Assembly: GCA_963790475.1 (NCBI GenBank)
Contig: CAWBOS010000006.1
Location: 796,663-860,662, forward strand
Source of the DNA: an uncultured delta proteobacterium
Lineage (GTDB): Bacteria > Desulfobacterota > RBG-13-43-22
Direction of reading: 5' to 3'
DNA length: 64,000 nucleotides
In this document: positions 52,990 through 63,331 of the stretch, piece after piece
How the letters are laid out: every line of letters begins with the position of its first letter
Numbering within the stretch: the first letter of the stretch is position 1
Made by a program: the position numbers and the translations under genes
The notes under the pieces: generated by a model
Told to the model about the DNA's origin: nothing
Databases searched by the model: none
The model's input: the letters and a program-made list of their open reading frames with translations, nothing else

Positions 52990-54086
52990 TGGCCCCCCAA
53001 AAATGGCGCCAGATGGGCCTTAAACCGTTCCCGATTTTTTTCCAGGGACAGGTCTCTCAGCCTTTCTTTCTGACCCTTAACAATGGTTTCTCGAAGGCCC
53101 TGATCCTCCAGGATCAGGGCCATCAACTCGGCGATCTCTTCGAAATTTTTTTGGGCCAGGCCGACTCCCGCCCCTCCCAGGGTTTCCGGGATCCCTCCGG
53201 TCAGGTAGGCGATAACCGGGACCCCGAAAAACATGCTTTCCATCAGAGGGACGCAAAACCCTTCGTGCTCGCTCAAACAAAGATAGAGATGGGCCGTGGA
53301 GTAATAGGTGATCAGTTCCCGAAAGGAAGCAAAACCGGCAAAAAGCACCTTATCGGTTAAGGCCAGCTCTTCCACCATTTTTTTAACAGCCCGGCTGTAA
53401 TTGCGCACCCCGCTGTCGCTGCCGACCAAAACCAGGCGGCTTTCAGGGCAAAGACGTTTCTGAAAAAGAAAAAAAGTCCTGATTAAATCCTCGATCTTTT
53501 TCTGGGGCACCAGCCGGCCCACATGAAGGATGTTGACCTTGCCGTCCTGGAGGTTTTTTTTAAGGTCCTCTTCCGGGGCCAGATAATAATTCTTGAAATC
53601 CAAAAAAATCGGTAACACGCCGGTCTTTTGAAAACCGGCCCGTGAAAGTTCCCGGCGATTAAAATCCGAGACCCCCAGGGCCAGGTCAAAATGGGGAGCC
53701 AGTTTTTTTAATTCCTCATAGCCCCAGGCACAGCGCCTTTCCACTTCAGCATTAATCCCTTGGAAAAAATGGGGAGGGGTGATGTTGTGATAGATTAAAA
53801 TCTTGCGGTCCGGCAGGCGTTTCACAAATTCCGAAAGCTCCGAGCCGATGGAAAAATGAAAGATCAGGATATTCTCTGGATGACTGATTTCCTTATATTC
53901 CCAGAAGGGGCGGGCGATCCCGCTGAGCTTGGAATGGACATGCTGGGCGTATATTTCCGAGTCATAGCCCCAGCCTTTCAAAACCTTCTGGATTCCCAGG
54001 ACATCATTGCCGATGGCGTCCCCGTAACTGAAATCTGGGAGCATCTGATGAATAGAGACCGCGGCCTTTTTTTGACGACTTTTCAC
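52986..54086 (-). CDS. GT4 glycosyltransferase
   Basis: YGDAIGN, YHNITP, VGRLVPQK, SEHEGFCVPLMESM. Confidence 0.9.
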   Translation of the reverse strand: MKSRQKKAAVSIHQMLPDFSYGDAIGNDVLGIQKVLKGWGYDSEIYAQHVHSKLSGIARPFWEYKEISHPENILIFHFSIGSELSEFVKRLPDRKILIYHNITPPHFFQGINAEVERRCAWGYEELKKLAPHFDLALGVSDFNRRELSRAGFQKTGVLPIFLDFKNYYLAPEEDLKKNLQDGKVNILHVGRLVPQKKIEDLIRTFFLFQKRLCPESRLVLVGSDSGVRNYSRAVKKMVEELALTDKVLFAGFASFRELITYYSTAHLYLCLSEHEGFCVPLMESMFFGVPVIAYLTGGIPETLGGAGVGLAQKNFEEIAELMALILEDQGLRETIVKGQKERLRDLSLEKNRERFKAHLAPFLGGQ

Positions 54087-54145
54087 GATTTCATCCTTCC
54101 GGCCCGATTCTTGGGTGCCGCCCAGGATCTTCCAAGTCTGTTGGA

Positions 54146-55306
54146 TCAACGTTGGATATATTTTTGGCTGATCAACTCCCAATTAAAATGGGAGAGGCAA
54201 TATTCCCGGCCATTTCGGGCCATTTCCCGGGCCATTTCCGGGTGATCCAGTATCTGCAGAAGACATTCCTCAAATTCCAAATAATCGTTAAAATACAATC
54301 CTCCCTGACTCTTTTGACAATGTTCCACCGTTACCGGACACCGGCCGTTGACCAGGACCGGGGTCCCGCAGAGCCAGGATTCCATGATAACGATGGAAAA
54401 ACTTTCCATCACCGAAGGCTGGCAAAAGAGGACGGCTCCGTCATAGGCGTCATATTTGTCCTGTTTGGGAACAAAGCCGAAGTCCAGGATGTCTTGCCGC
54501 CCGGCCAGGGGAATCTGAACCGGCAGGTTGCCAATTAAAACCAGTTTCAGGTCGGAGGGATGGCGTTTTTTAAATAAGGCAAAATAATTCATCAACAAAG
54601 GGGTATTTTTCCCGGAATCCCTCCGGCCGGCATAAAGGAGAAAGGGGTCTTTTATCTGATATTTCAGCCGAAACCTCTCGGCATCGGATTGGATCTCCGT
54701 ATCGATCCCTTCGCCGAAAAGATGGGATTGGGCCTCGGTCAGAAAATACAATTCCCGCCCCAAATTCATCTCGAATTGGGTGTGAAAGATGAGTCCCCGA
54801 ACCCGGTGGAACAACTCTTTCAAAAGCCCCATTCGGGCATAGCCTTCATCATGGAGACAAGGGATAATGAAGGAACGGTCCGGATAGAGCCTGGCCCCAT
54901 AATAGGTGGTACTGAAGAGATAGGGGATAAAAAACAGGAGATACCCCATACCTTGATTCCGGATATGTTGGTAGAGCAAGGGGCTGTTGATCATGTGCTG
55001 AAAAAAGAGGTCTTCCTCCTCCCGGGAAAGGGTTTCTCCGGAAAGGATTCTACGATTCAAGGTTGCAAAAAGCTCTCCGTTTCGAGGGCTCACCGGAAAC
55101 CGTTTGACCAACACCCCGTTGACTTGATAATCCCCGGCCGGGTAGTAATTATGCGACCAATCCCCTTCAAAATCCTTGACACAGGTCGTCCAGACCTCTA
55201 CCGGGATCCCCCTTTGGGAGAGATTTTCTACAGTACGGCGGGCCTCGGCTTCAGCCCCACCGGGGATATCCGGACCGTACCACGGGCAGATAAAAGCGAT
55301 TTTCAT
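54146..55306 (-). CDS. GT4 glycosyltransferase
   Basis: PGGAEAE, YAGRRDSGKN, PSVMESFSIVIMESW. Confidence 0.9.
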   Translation of the reverse strand: MKIAFICPWYGPDIPGGAEAEARRTVENLSQRGIPVEVWTTCVKDFEGDWSHNYYPAGDYQVNGVLVKRFPVSPRNGELFATLNRRILSGETLSREEEDLFFQHMINSPLLYQHIRNQGMGYLLFFIPYLFSTTYYGARLYPDRSFIIPCLHDEGYARMGLLKELFHRVRGLIFHTQFEMNLGRELYFLTEAQSHLFGEGIDTEIQSDAERFRLKYQIKDPFLLYAGRRDSGKNTPLLMNYFALFKKRHPSDLKLVLIGNLPVQIPLAGRQDILDFGFVPKQDKYDAYDGAVLFCQPSVMESFSIVIMESWLCGTPVLVNGRCPVTVEHCQKSQGGLYFNDYLEFEECLLQILDHPEMAREMARNGREYCLSHFNWELISQKYIQR

Positions 55307-55413
55307 ATTAGTTTGTCGGATCTATTATTTGTTTGGTTTGCTCGTGGATCAAGCCCAAAGTCATCCGCAAGGTTTAAGTCTCTCCTTGAACCTTAAACCT
55401 TAACCTTGAACCG

Positions 55414-56694
55414 TTATTTATACCCTAATACCGCATAATCCTGAAAACCGTACAGCAGGGCATTGAGACGTTGAACGTTTTCATTTAAAATACGGGCCAA
55501 TTCATCCTCATAGGAATCGTCTTCCCGGCGGACCATTTCTTTTAGCTTCATTTCCTCGGGAAATGGGGAGACATAGAGGATTTCCACCTTCCTGAAAGCC
55601 CAGGGATTCCAAGAGGAAGCGGGCCGCTTCGGGATGGATCGGGTTATAATGGGAAAGATCCAGATAGAAGGCCCCACTGAAGGTGCTCAGGCACTGGGGA
55701 TTAATGGTCTCAGCCAGAAGTATCCCGCCGGGTTTCAGCTTGGCGAAACTCACCCGGACCAATTCCCTGAGGGCCTCGGGCTTTAGATGTTCGATGACCT
55801 GGGACAAAAAAATCCCCCCCAGGCTCTGATCCGACAAACGATCTTCAAAAAAACCATCCCTTCTCCGTGGGTGACTTCCAATCCTTTGGCCTGGCATTGA
55901 CGGATCATCTCCTTGTTGGTATCCACTCCCGAGGCAGGAATTCGGGCCTCTCGCAACAGTTCCAAAAATTCCCCCCGGCCGCAGCCGATATCCAGGACCG
56001 GCCCCTGATCTTTAAAATAGGGCAGATAGCTTTTCTGCTTCCACTTAATCTCTTCTTGGCTGCCGCGGTGCAGGTCTTCAAAACGCACATATTCCGGCTC
56101 TCGAACCCTTGATTTCAGGTCCTCTATCTGACTACCCGTCTCCACGGATCGGATTTTCATTTCGTTGATTTGGGATAAGGCCTCTTCAAAAACATTTTGA
56201 TGGGTTCTTAGTTCCTGGGGGATGGCTTCCAGGGACTGGGCCATCTGGGCCCATTTTTTTTCCATAAGGGCCAATTGTTTTTCTTGAAGGGACCAGCGAT
56301 AACGGACATCCAAGGCCATTTGATTTAACAAACGCACCAGTTCCACATTAAACTCTACCTGACGTTTAAGGACCATCTGAATATAAGGCTCGGTCAGTTT
56401 ACGAATGGCCTTTTTGAATCCAATAACCATGGACCCCAAGACCTTGCGATGCGAAGAGAGCTCCGGCGGTCTTCGGGTGTCACAGAGATAATTGACCTGG
56501 GATAAATGGTACTGGATATCCCCTTCTTGAGGTTCCCCGTTTTCGCTTTGGATCTGAAGGGTCATCCGATCAATTTCCTGCAACTCTTCCGGGGAATAGT
56601 GACCGGTCTTTTTTTTCTCATCGATACGAGAGCGTATCTGCTCCATAATTCGATTCACATCGATGGATGACTCCACTTTATCTTCTGGTTCCAT
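55414..56694 (-). CDS. Coiled-coil plus class I methyltransferase (glycan chain-capping candidate), split by apparent frameshifts
   Basis: FEDLHRGS, VLDIGCGRGEFL, QVIEHL, LKPGG, ETINP, QDYAV. Confidence 0.8.
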
Positions 56695-56833
56695 AGAGTA
56701 CCTGCTTTCTATTAAAAGAGAGGCCTGATACGAAATTCAGGATGCCCGATGAAAAACAATGGTTTTCAATTGTTCCATCTGCATCCGGCATCCTGGTCCT
56801 GTATCGGACATCCGACCTCCTGCCTCTTGTTTT

Positions 56834-58072
56834 TTAATCAATAACCCAGCGGTGGGGTATCCGGTAGATCCCGGTATCTTTCATGGCCGAACGAACGGCA
56901 AAGGAGGTGCAACCCTTCTGATAATCGTAGGCATGGCCGTCCCGGGCATGGACCGCCACATCCAGGGAATAGGTCCCTTCGATCAGATGGACCTTTTCAA
57001 AATTCACCCCGATTCGACCGGTTTCCGGAAGTGAGGGGAGGGTTATCCCGTCCGAATGCGTATTGGTGCCGTAACAACAAATCCCCTTTCCATCAAAAAC
57101 GGCTATCCCGAAAATGACCTCCGGAACAAGACGATTAACCTTAAAGTCCATCTCCAAAAATAGGTCCTCTCCATCTTGAAAGACATGCTTTTCGATACCC
57201 TGACCATCCAAGAGCCGGACCCGGGTGATTTCTATATCCCCATTGCCCCAACGGCTTTGGGAAATAAATCTTTCCTCTCCCTTACAGGCGTTGGTCTGTT
57301 CTTCTTCATATCGGGCATCGTCTCTGCGGGCCACCTCCTGACGATAGGCGTCAATGACCTGCCGAGGTTCGCCCTGGGCCTGGATACATCCCGATTCCAA
57401 CCACAGGGCCTGATCGCAGAACCGCTCCACGGTCGGCAGGTCATGGGTCACCAGGACAATGGTCTTGCCGGCTTTTTTAAAGGCCGTCATTTTATCAAGA
57501 CATTTACGGGAAAAAGATTCATCTCCCACCGCCAGGACTTCATCGACCAGCAGGATATCCGGGTCCACATTGACGGCCACGGAAAACCCCAGGCGCACAT
57601 ACATGCCCGAAGAATAGGTTCGGACAGGAATATCGATAAAAGATTCCAATTCGGCAAAACGAACAATCCGGTCAAACCGTTTTTCGATCTCCTTTCGGCT
57701 TAAACCCAGAATCGTCCCGTTGATAAAAACATTTTCCCGGCCGGTGAATTCCGGGTGAAAACCTGCGCCCAATTCGATCAAGGAGGAAACCCGGCCATTG
57801 GTCTTGACCGTCCCGGAATCCGGTTTATAAATCCCGGTCATTACCTTAAGGAGGGTGCTCTTACCGGATCCATTACGTCCGATGACCCCCAGGCTGATCC
57901 CTTGAGGAATCTCCAAATCCAGATTTTGAAAAACGACCCTGGTGCTTTCTCTTGAGCCGCCCTTCCAGGAAAAGGGGTTCAGGAGAAGGGATTTCAAGGT
58001 GATATAATCCCGGCGAAGCGTGGTTTGTCTAAATTCTTTGGAAATCCCTTTTAAAATGATGGCTGGGGGCAT
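56834..58072 (-). CDS. wzt: Wzt polysaccharide ABC exporter ATPase with C-terminal domain
   Basis: GRNGSGKST, LIELGAGF, YSSGM, DEVLAVGD; SRWGNG C-domain. Confidence 0.92.
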   Translation of the reverse strand: MPPAIILKGISKEFRQTTLRRDYITLKSLLLNPFSWKGGSRESTRVVFQNLDLEIPQGISLGVIGRNGSGKSTLLKVMTGIYKPDSGTVKTNGRVSSLIELGAGFHPEFTGRENVFINGTILGLSRKEIEKRFDRIVRFAELESFIDIPVRTYSSGMYVRLGFSVAVNVDPDILLVDEVLAVGDESFSRKCLDKMTAFKKAGKTIVLVTHDLPTVERFCDQALWLESGCIQAQGEPRQVIDAYRQEVARRDDARYEEEQTNACKGEERFISQSRWGNGDIEITRVRLLDGQGIEKHVFQDGEDLFLEMDFKVNRLVPEVIFGIAVFDGKGICCYGTNTHSDGITLPSLPETGRIGVNFEKVHLIEGTYSLDVAVHARDGHAYDYQKGCTSFAVRSAMKDTGIYRIPHRWVID

Positions 58073-58076
58073 GGGT

Positions 58077-58865
58077 TTATATCTTTTCAGCAAAGGTTTC
58101 TTTGTAGCGTTCAAAAAAGAACATGCCGATCCCCCATAAGAATAAAGACAAGACCAGAAAAACCAGAAGAACCCTTAACTCTGGGTTTCGGTTATAAAAA
58201 AAAATATTCTGGTAAGCCAGGGTGATTTGGGCCATGGGATTGAGCAGGACCCACTTGTTAAAAGGAGATGGTACCTGGGAAAGGGGATAGAGGATGGGGG
58301 TCAAAAAAAACCAGAGGGTCAGGAGATTGGCCAGGATATGTTGGACATCCCGGAAAAAAACATTGATCGTAGCCAGCATTAATACCAGACCTTCGATAAA
58401 CAGCAGATGCATAGCGATAATCACCGGCAACCAGCAAAGAGGCCATCCCGGATAGATCCCCATGGCCCACAGGAACCCAAAAAGAACCGGCAAACTCAAC
58501 AGATAATTTAAAAGATTAGCTAAAATCTTAACCGCCGGCAAAACCTGACTGGGAAAAAGGACCTTGGTTACCAAACTACCGCCAGCGGTAATCGAATAGG
58601 TCCCCTCCAACAGCGATGAAGAAAACCATATCCAGGGCAAAAGTCCGACAAACATGAATCCGGCATAATGCTCTATCCGGATTCGCAGATAGATATTGAA
58701 GACCAGGGCATAGACCCCTAAGAGCAAAAGAGGGTTCAAGAAGGTCCATAAAAACCCGAGGAATGACCCTCGATAACGGGCCTTCAATTCCCTGACCACG
58801 AGACTGTTTACCAGGCTTCGGTAACGAAACAATTCCTGGATATGTTGACGGATCAATAAAAACAT
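58077..58865 (-). CDS. wzm: Wzm polysaccharide ABC exporter permease
   Basis: RELKARYRGSFLGFLWTFLNPL, FFLTPILYP, LNPM. Confidence 0.92.
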   Translation of the reverse strand: MFLLIRQHIQELFRYRSLVNSLVVRELKARYRGSFLGFLWTFLNPLLLLGVYALVFNIYLRIRIEHYAGFMFVGLLPWIWFSSSLLEGTYSITAGGSLVTKVLFPSQVLPAVKILANLLNYLLSLPVLFGFLWAMGIYPGWPLCWLPVIIAMHLLFIEGLVLMLATINVFFRDVQHILANLLTLWFFLTPILYPLSQVPSPFNKWVLLNPMAQITLAYQNIFFYNRNPELRVLLVFLVLSLFLWGIGMFFFERYKETFAEKI

Positions 58866-58984
58866 AAAATAGAGCTTTAGCTATCAGCGATCAGCTCTCA
58901 GTCCAAAAAAGTTCAGCGGAAGAAATGATTCTGTTAATTCCTGCTTTTTGCTGACCGCTGAAAGCTGACCGGCTATTTCGCTTC

Positions 58985-60382
58985 TTAATAGGCCTCCTTG
59001 CTGAATATCCCCTTCCAAAAGGTCTTGATCAAAATCTTTACATCCATGAGGAGAGACCAGTTTTCAATATAATGCAAATCAAACTCGATCCGTTTTTCCA
59101 GGGAAGTATTCCCCCGCCAGCCGTGAATCTGGGCCCATCCGGTCATTCCGGCCTTCATTTTATGGCGTAACATATATTTGGGGATCTTCTCCTTGAAACT
59201 ATAAATCAGCTCCGGCCTTTCAGGTCTGGGTCCGACCAGACTCATCTCTCCCCTTAAAACATTGATCAATTGCGGCAATTCATCTAAACTTAATTTTCTT
59301 AAGATCCGGCCCAAAAAGGTCCGCCGTGGATCTTTCTTTTGGGCCCAAACCGGGCCGGTCTCCTTTTCCGCTCCCACCACCATGGAACGAAACTTCAACA
59401 TTTCAAAGATGCGGCCGTCCAGACCCATCCGCACCTGGCGGTACAATACCGGGCCCGGTGAAGTGATCTTTACGGCCAAGGCGATCAATAAAAACAAGGG
59501 GGAAAGCAGGATCAGTCCCAGGCAGGCCAGAAGGATGTCGAAAAATCTTTTCAGTATCCGATTCCATCCCACCATGGGGGATTCCCTTAAGTTGATAAAG
59601 GGCAGCCCCTCAAATTCCTCCACGCCACCCCGCAGACTGATAAACCGATATAAATCCGGAACGATCTTAATGTCCACCATTTCATCGCGAATCCGGTTTA
59701 GAAGCTCTTCCAGTTTCTGATGGGCGGTTAGCGGCATGGCAAAAATAACCAGATGGATCCCCTGGGTCTGAATCACCTGATCAATTTCTTCATAGACTCC
59801 CAGCACCTCAATCCCTTTAATTTGCGTCCCGACTTTTTGGGGCAATCGACTCAAAAACCCGCCTATGACCAGCCCCAATTCAGGATGTTTGCGGATCGTT
59901 TCAGCTACCCCCTGAGCCAGTTCCCGGGCCCCGACAATCAGAACCCGTTCGGAAATGAGATGTTTTTTTTGTAAAGAGATGTAGTATTTTTTAAAAAATA
60001 TCCGGCTCAAAGAAAGGGAAAGAAAACTTAAAAGACCGAAATAGAGAAAGACCAGACGGGAAAAATCGGTCCTTTGAAAAAAAAAGGTAATAAAGACCAA
60101 GATCATCAAGGCGATGAAATTGGCCTTAAATATGGCCTTTACTTCCTGGGTTCGATTAAAAAAACGATGATATACCCCGGTTAAATGAAGGGTCCCTATC
60201 CAGATGGCTAAGACAAAAACAAGGAGAAACAAATAGTCTTTAAGAAGAGGGACGCCCTTGGTTACCGGAATGATGGGGGCACTAAATCGCAGATAAAAGG
60301 CCGCGATCCAGCAAGCCGTTAGAATGAAAAGATCGTTGAAAAGGATTAAGGACTGGAATAACTGCAACCTTTTTTTAAACAT
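58985..60382 (-). CDS. wcaJ: Undecaprenyl-phosphate glucose phosphotransferase (WcaJ-like)
   Basis: KFRSM, LDELPQL.NVL.GEMSLVGPRPE, GMTGWAQI. Confidence 0.88.
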   Translation of the reverse strand: MFKKRLQLFQSLILFNDLFILTACWIAAFYLRFSAPIIPVTKGVPLLKDYLFLLVFVLAIWIGTLHLTGVYHRFFNRTQEVKAIFKANFIALMILVFITFFFQRTDFSRLVFLYFGLLSFLSLSLSRIFFKKYYISLQKKHLISERVLIVGARELAQGVAETIRKHPELGLVIGGFLSRLPQKVGTQIKGIEVLGVYEEIDQVIQTQGIHLVIFAMPLTAHQKLEELLNRIRDEMVDIKIVPDLYRFISLRGGVEEFEGLPFINLRESPMVGWNRILKRFFDILLACLGLILLSPLFLLIALAVKITSPGPVLYRQVRMGLDGRIFEMLKFRSMVVGAEKETGPVWAQKKDPRRTFLGRILRKLSLDELPQLINVLRGEMSLVGPRPERPELIYSFKEKIPKYMLRHKMKAGMTGWAQIHGWRGNTSLEKRIEFDLHYIENWSLLMDVKILIKTFWKGIFSKEAY

Positions 60383-60449
60383 GTTTTAAAGGCCTCATCA
60401 GGGCTTTAAGGAAAAGAGGAATATAGGCAGGAAAATAAAGGTCGCCTTT

Positions 60450-60812
60450 TTAGTCCCCGCGGGCCTTTTCCAGGACTTCTTCCCTTTTCTTGCAGTCGAT
60501 ACAGAGTGTTGTAACCGGCCGGGCCTTTAACCGCTGTTCGGATATGTCTTCACCGCACTTTTCACAGGTCCCGAAGCTCCCATCCTCAATCCGTTCCAGG
60601 GCCTCCTCAATCTTCAAAATAAGCTTTCGTTCCCGTCCACGAATCCTGAGCATAAAATTTCGGTCCGATTCCAGAGAGGCTCGATCGGTCGGATCGGGAA
60701 AATTCTCTTTACTGTCGGTCATTCCGCTGACCGTTTTTTGAGCTTCCAGAATCAAGGCATTCCGTTGTTCGTGCAGAAGCTTTTTAAAAAATGATAGCTT
60801 TTTTGCATTCAT
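60450..60812 (-). CDS. dksA: RNA polymerase-binding protein DksA
   Basis: DPTDRA tip; CxxC...RLKARP...CxxC zinc finger. Confidence 0.93.
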   Translation of the reverse strand: MNAKKLSFFKKLLHEQRNALILEAQKTVSGMTDSKENFPDPTDRASLESDRNFMLRIRGRERKLILKIEEALERIEDGSFGTCEKCGEDISEQRLKARPVTTLCIDCKKREEVLEKARGD

Positions 60813-61396
60813 TGCTTCTCTCCCATCCCTTTACTCACTTTTTTGCCGGAGTACATCCCCTTCTTAAGGAAAACCCCACTCTTTCCACCCGATTTTTTGA
60901 TCAAACCGATATCGGTAATCTGAATTTCTCGATCGATCGCCTTGCACATATCATAAATCGTCAGTGCGGCTGCGGCTACGGCCGTTAAAGCCTCCATTTC
61001 GACTCCGGTTCGGTCTCTGGCCTGGACTTTAGCCAAAATACCCACCTGAGGGGGTTCTTGAACCAAAGAAAAACTTAGTTCCACCCCAGTAATCTGAAGG
61101 GGATGACACATGGGGATAAGGTCAGAGGTCTTCTTTGCCGCCATAATCGCCGAAACCTTGGCGACATTTAATACATCCCCTTTTTTTAAAGAATTATCCT
61201 CGATCTTTTTTAACGTTTCGGCCTTCAGCAAGACCCTTCCGACAGCCAAGGCCTCCCGCAGGGTTATCCTCTTGGTACTGACATTGACCATCCGGGCTCG
61301 CCCCTGAGGATCGACATGGGTCCAATCCTTCAAGGCCGGAAATGGATCCCGATCTTTCGCTTTTTGAGGAGAGCGCCCTCCTGTTTTTTTGCTCAA
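60809..61396 (-). CDS. moaC: Cyclic pyranopterin monophosphate synthase MoaC
   Basis: KKGDVL, LIPMCHP, TGVEMEAL, YDMCKA, KSGGKSG. Confidence 0.95.
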   Translation of the reverse strand: MSKKTGGRSPQKAKDRDPFPALKDWTHVDPQGRARMVNVSTKRITLREALAVGRVLLKAETLKKIEDNSLKKGDVLNVAKVSAIMAAKKTSDLIPMCHPLQITGVELSFSLVQEPPQVGILAKVQARDRTGVEMEALTAVAAAALTIYDMCKAIDREIQITDIGLIKKSGGKSGVFLKKGMYSGKKVSKGMGEKQ

Positions 61397-61608
61397 TCCC
61401 CGTTCCTGAGGTTTAATTCACTTTCGAAAGGAAAATTCACTTTCCCGGCGGCGATTTCCCGGAGGGCCACCACCACCTCCTTGTTCTTGGATTGGACCAA
61501 AGGGTCCGCACCGCTCCGTAATTGCTTAATTCTTTGAAAAGCCAAATGAATCAGGGAAAACCGGTTGGGCACCTGCTCAAGGCAATCTTCAATAGTTACT
61601 CTGGCCAC
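61393..61608 (-). CDS. rpoZ: RNA polymerase omega subunit
   Basis: ARVTIEDCL...NRF...ALREIAAG. Confidence 0.93.
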   Translation of the reverse strand: MARVTIEDCLEQVPNRFSLIHLAFQRIKQLRSGADPLVQSKNKEVVVALREIAAGKVNFPFESELNLRNGD

Positions 61609-61798
61609 AGTCACTCCTTTTTTAAAAGTTATCCAAATGAAACTTAGTTTTATAACTCATTTATTGAAAAAAGTAAATTATTTTATTTATTATAAATCGA
61701 CCGACTTAAAATGAATCAATAACTTTTCTTGAAAAAATTTCTACATTTTTCTATAATTTGCCCATTTAGACCAAAGGCGAATAAAGTGGCTTAAAATC

Positions 61799-63328
61799 AT
61801 GATCGCTAAAACTTACAGCAGCGCCATCTCAGGGATCGATGCCTATGTCGTTCAGGTTGAGGTTGATATTACCAGGGGTTTGCCGGCCTTTGCCACGGTA
61901 GGCTTGCCGGAAGGGGCCGTCCGGGAAAGCAAAGATCGGGTAAAATCGGCTATTAAAAATTCCGGTTTCGAATTTCCCAGCCACCGGATCACCGTCAATC
62001 TGGCCCCGGCGGATATTAAAAAAGAAGGGTCGGCCTTTGACCTTCCGATAGCCATAGGGATTCTTGCCGCTACAGGTTCATTTACCTCTTCTGCTATTTC
62101 ATCCTACCTCATCTTGGGGGAACTTTCCTTGAATGGGGAAATCAAGCCGATTCGGGGTACGTTACCGACGGCCTTATCGGTCAAGAATAACGGTTTCCGC
62201 GGACTTATCGTCCCTGAGGCCAATGCCCTGGAGGCCTCGGTAGTGGAAGGGATTGAGATCATTCCTGTCAAAACCTTGGGACAGGTGGCCGAATTTTTGA
62301 ACGGTTCCGCGCCCATCCTCCCCTTGAGTCAGGAACGAGACCGTATTTTTCCACCTCTTCAAGGCTATCCTTTTGATTTTAATGAAGTTAAAGGACAAGA
62401 ACAGGTCAAACGGGCCCTGGAAATCGCCGCCGGCGGAGGTCATAACATCATCATGGTTGGGCCTCCCGGTTCCGGGAAAACCATGCTGGCCCAAAGGCTT
62501 CCTTCCATTTTGCCCGACCTGACTTTTGAGGAGGCCCTGGAAACCTCGAAGATTTACAGCGTCATGGGTCTGATGCCGGCCGATCAAGCCCTGATTACCG
62601 TTCGGCCTTTTCGATCCCCCCACCATACGGTTTCCGATGCCGGGCTTATCGGCGGCGGCCAAATCCCCCGCCCCGGCGAAGTCAGCCTGGCCCATAACGG
62701 GGTCCTTTTTTTGGATGAATTGCCCGAATTCAAAAAAAACGTCCTGGAAGTCCTTCGACAGCCCCTTGAAGATGGAAAGGTGACCATTTCTCGGGCCATC
62801 ACCTCTCTGACCTATCCGGCTCGTTTTATGCTGGTAGCGGCCATGAATCCCTGCCCTTGCGGATTTCTCTCCGATCCTCAGCGGGAATGCCGTTGTACCT
62901 ATCCCCAAATCCAACGCTACAAATCAAAAATATCCGGCCCCCTCCTGGATCGTATTGATCTGCATGTGGAGGTCCCCTCGGTTAAATTCAAGGACCTGGC
63001 CGGCCAATCAGGGGGAGAACCATCGGAAACGATTCGGAACCGGGTCAAGTCCTCCCGAGAAAGACAAAAAAACCGGTTTCAAAGCAAAACTATCTTTTGT
63101 AATGCCCAAATGGGACCAAGGCAAATAAAAAAATATTGTTCCCTTTCTCCTGATTCGCAAGGCCTTCTGGAACAAGCCATGGAATATTTAGGATTGAGCG
63201 CCAGGGCTTATCATCGCATTTTGAAGATCTCCCGAACCATTGCCGACCTGGAAAACATGGAGGATATCGGACCTCATCATGTTTCAGAGGCCATCCAGTA
63301 CCGGAATTTAGACCGTCGTCTCCTCTAA
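61799..63328 (+). CDS. comM: YifB/ComM Mg-chelatase-like AAA ATPase
   Basis: [40 protein letters not shown]. Confidence 0.9.
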   Translation: MIAKTYSSAISGIDAYVVQVEVDITRGLPAFATVGLPEGAVRESKDRVKSAIKNSGFEFPSHRITVNLAPADIKKEGSAFDLPIAIGILAATGSFTSSAISSYLILGELSLNGEIKPIRGTLPTALSVKNNGFRGLIVPEANALEASVVEGIEIIPVKTLGQVAEFLNGSAPILPLSQERDRIFPPLQGYPFDFNEVKGQEQVKRALEIAAGGGHNIIMVGPPGSGKTMLAQRLPSILPDLTFEEALETSKIYSVMGLMPADQALITVRPFRSPHHTVSDAGLIGGGQIPRPGEVSLAHNGVLFLDELPEFKKNVLEVLRQPLEDGKVTISRAITSLTYPARFMLVAAMNPCPCGFLSDPQRECRCTYPQIQRYKSKISGPLLDRIDLHVEVPSVKFKDLAGQSGGEPSETIRNRVKSSRERQKNRFQSKTIFCNAQMGPRQIKKYCSLSPDSQGLLEQAMEYLGLSARAYHRILKISRTIADLENMEDIGPHHVSEAIQYRNLDRRLL

Positions 63329-63331
63329 GTA

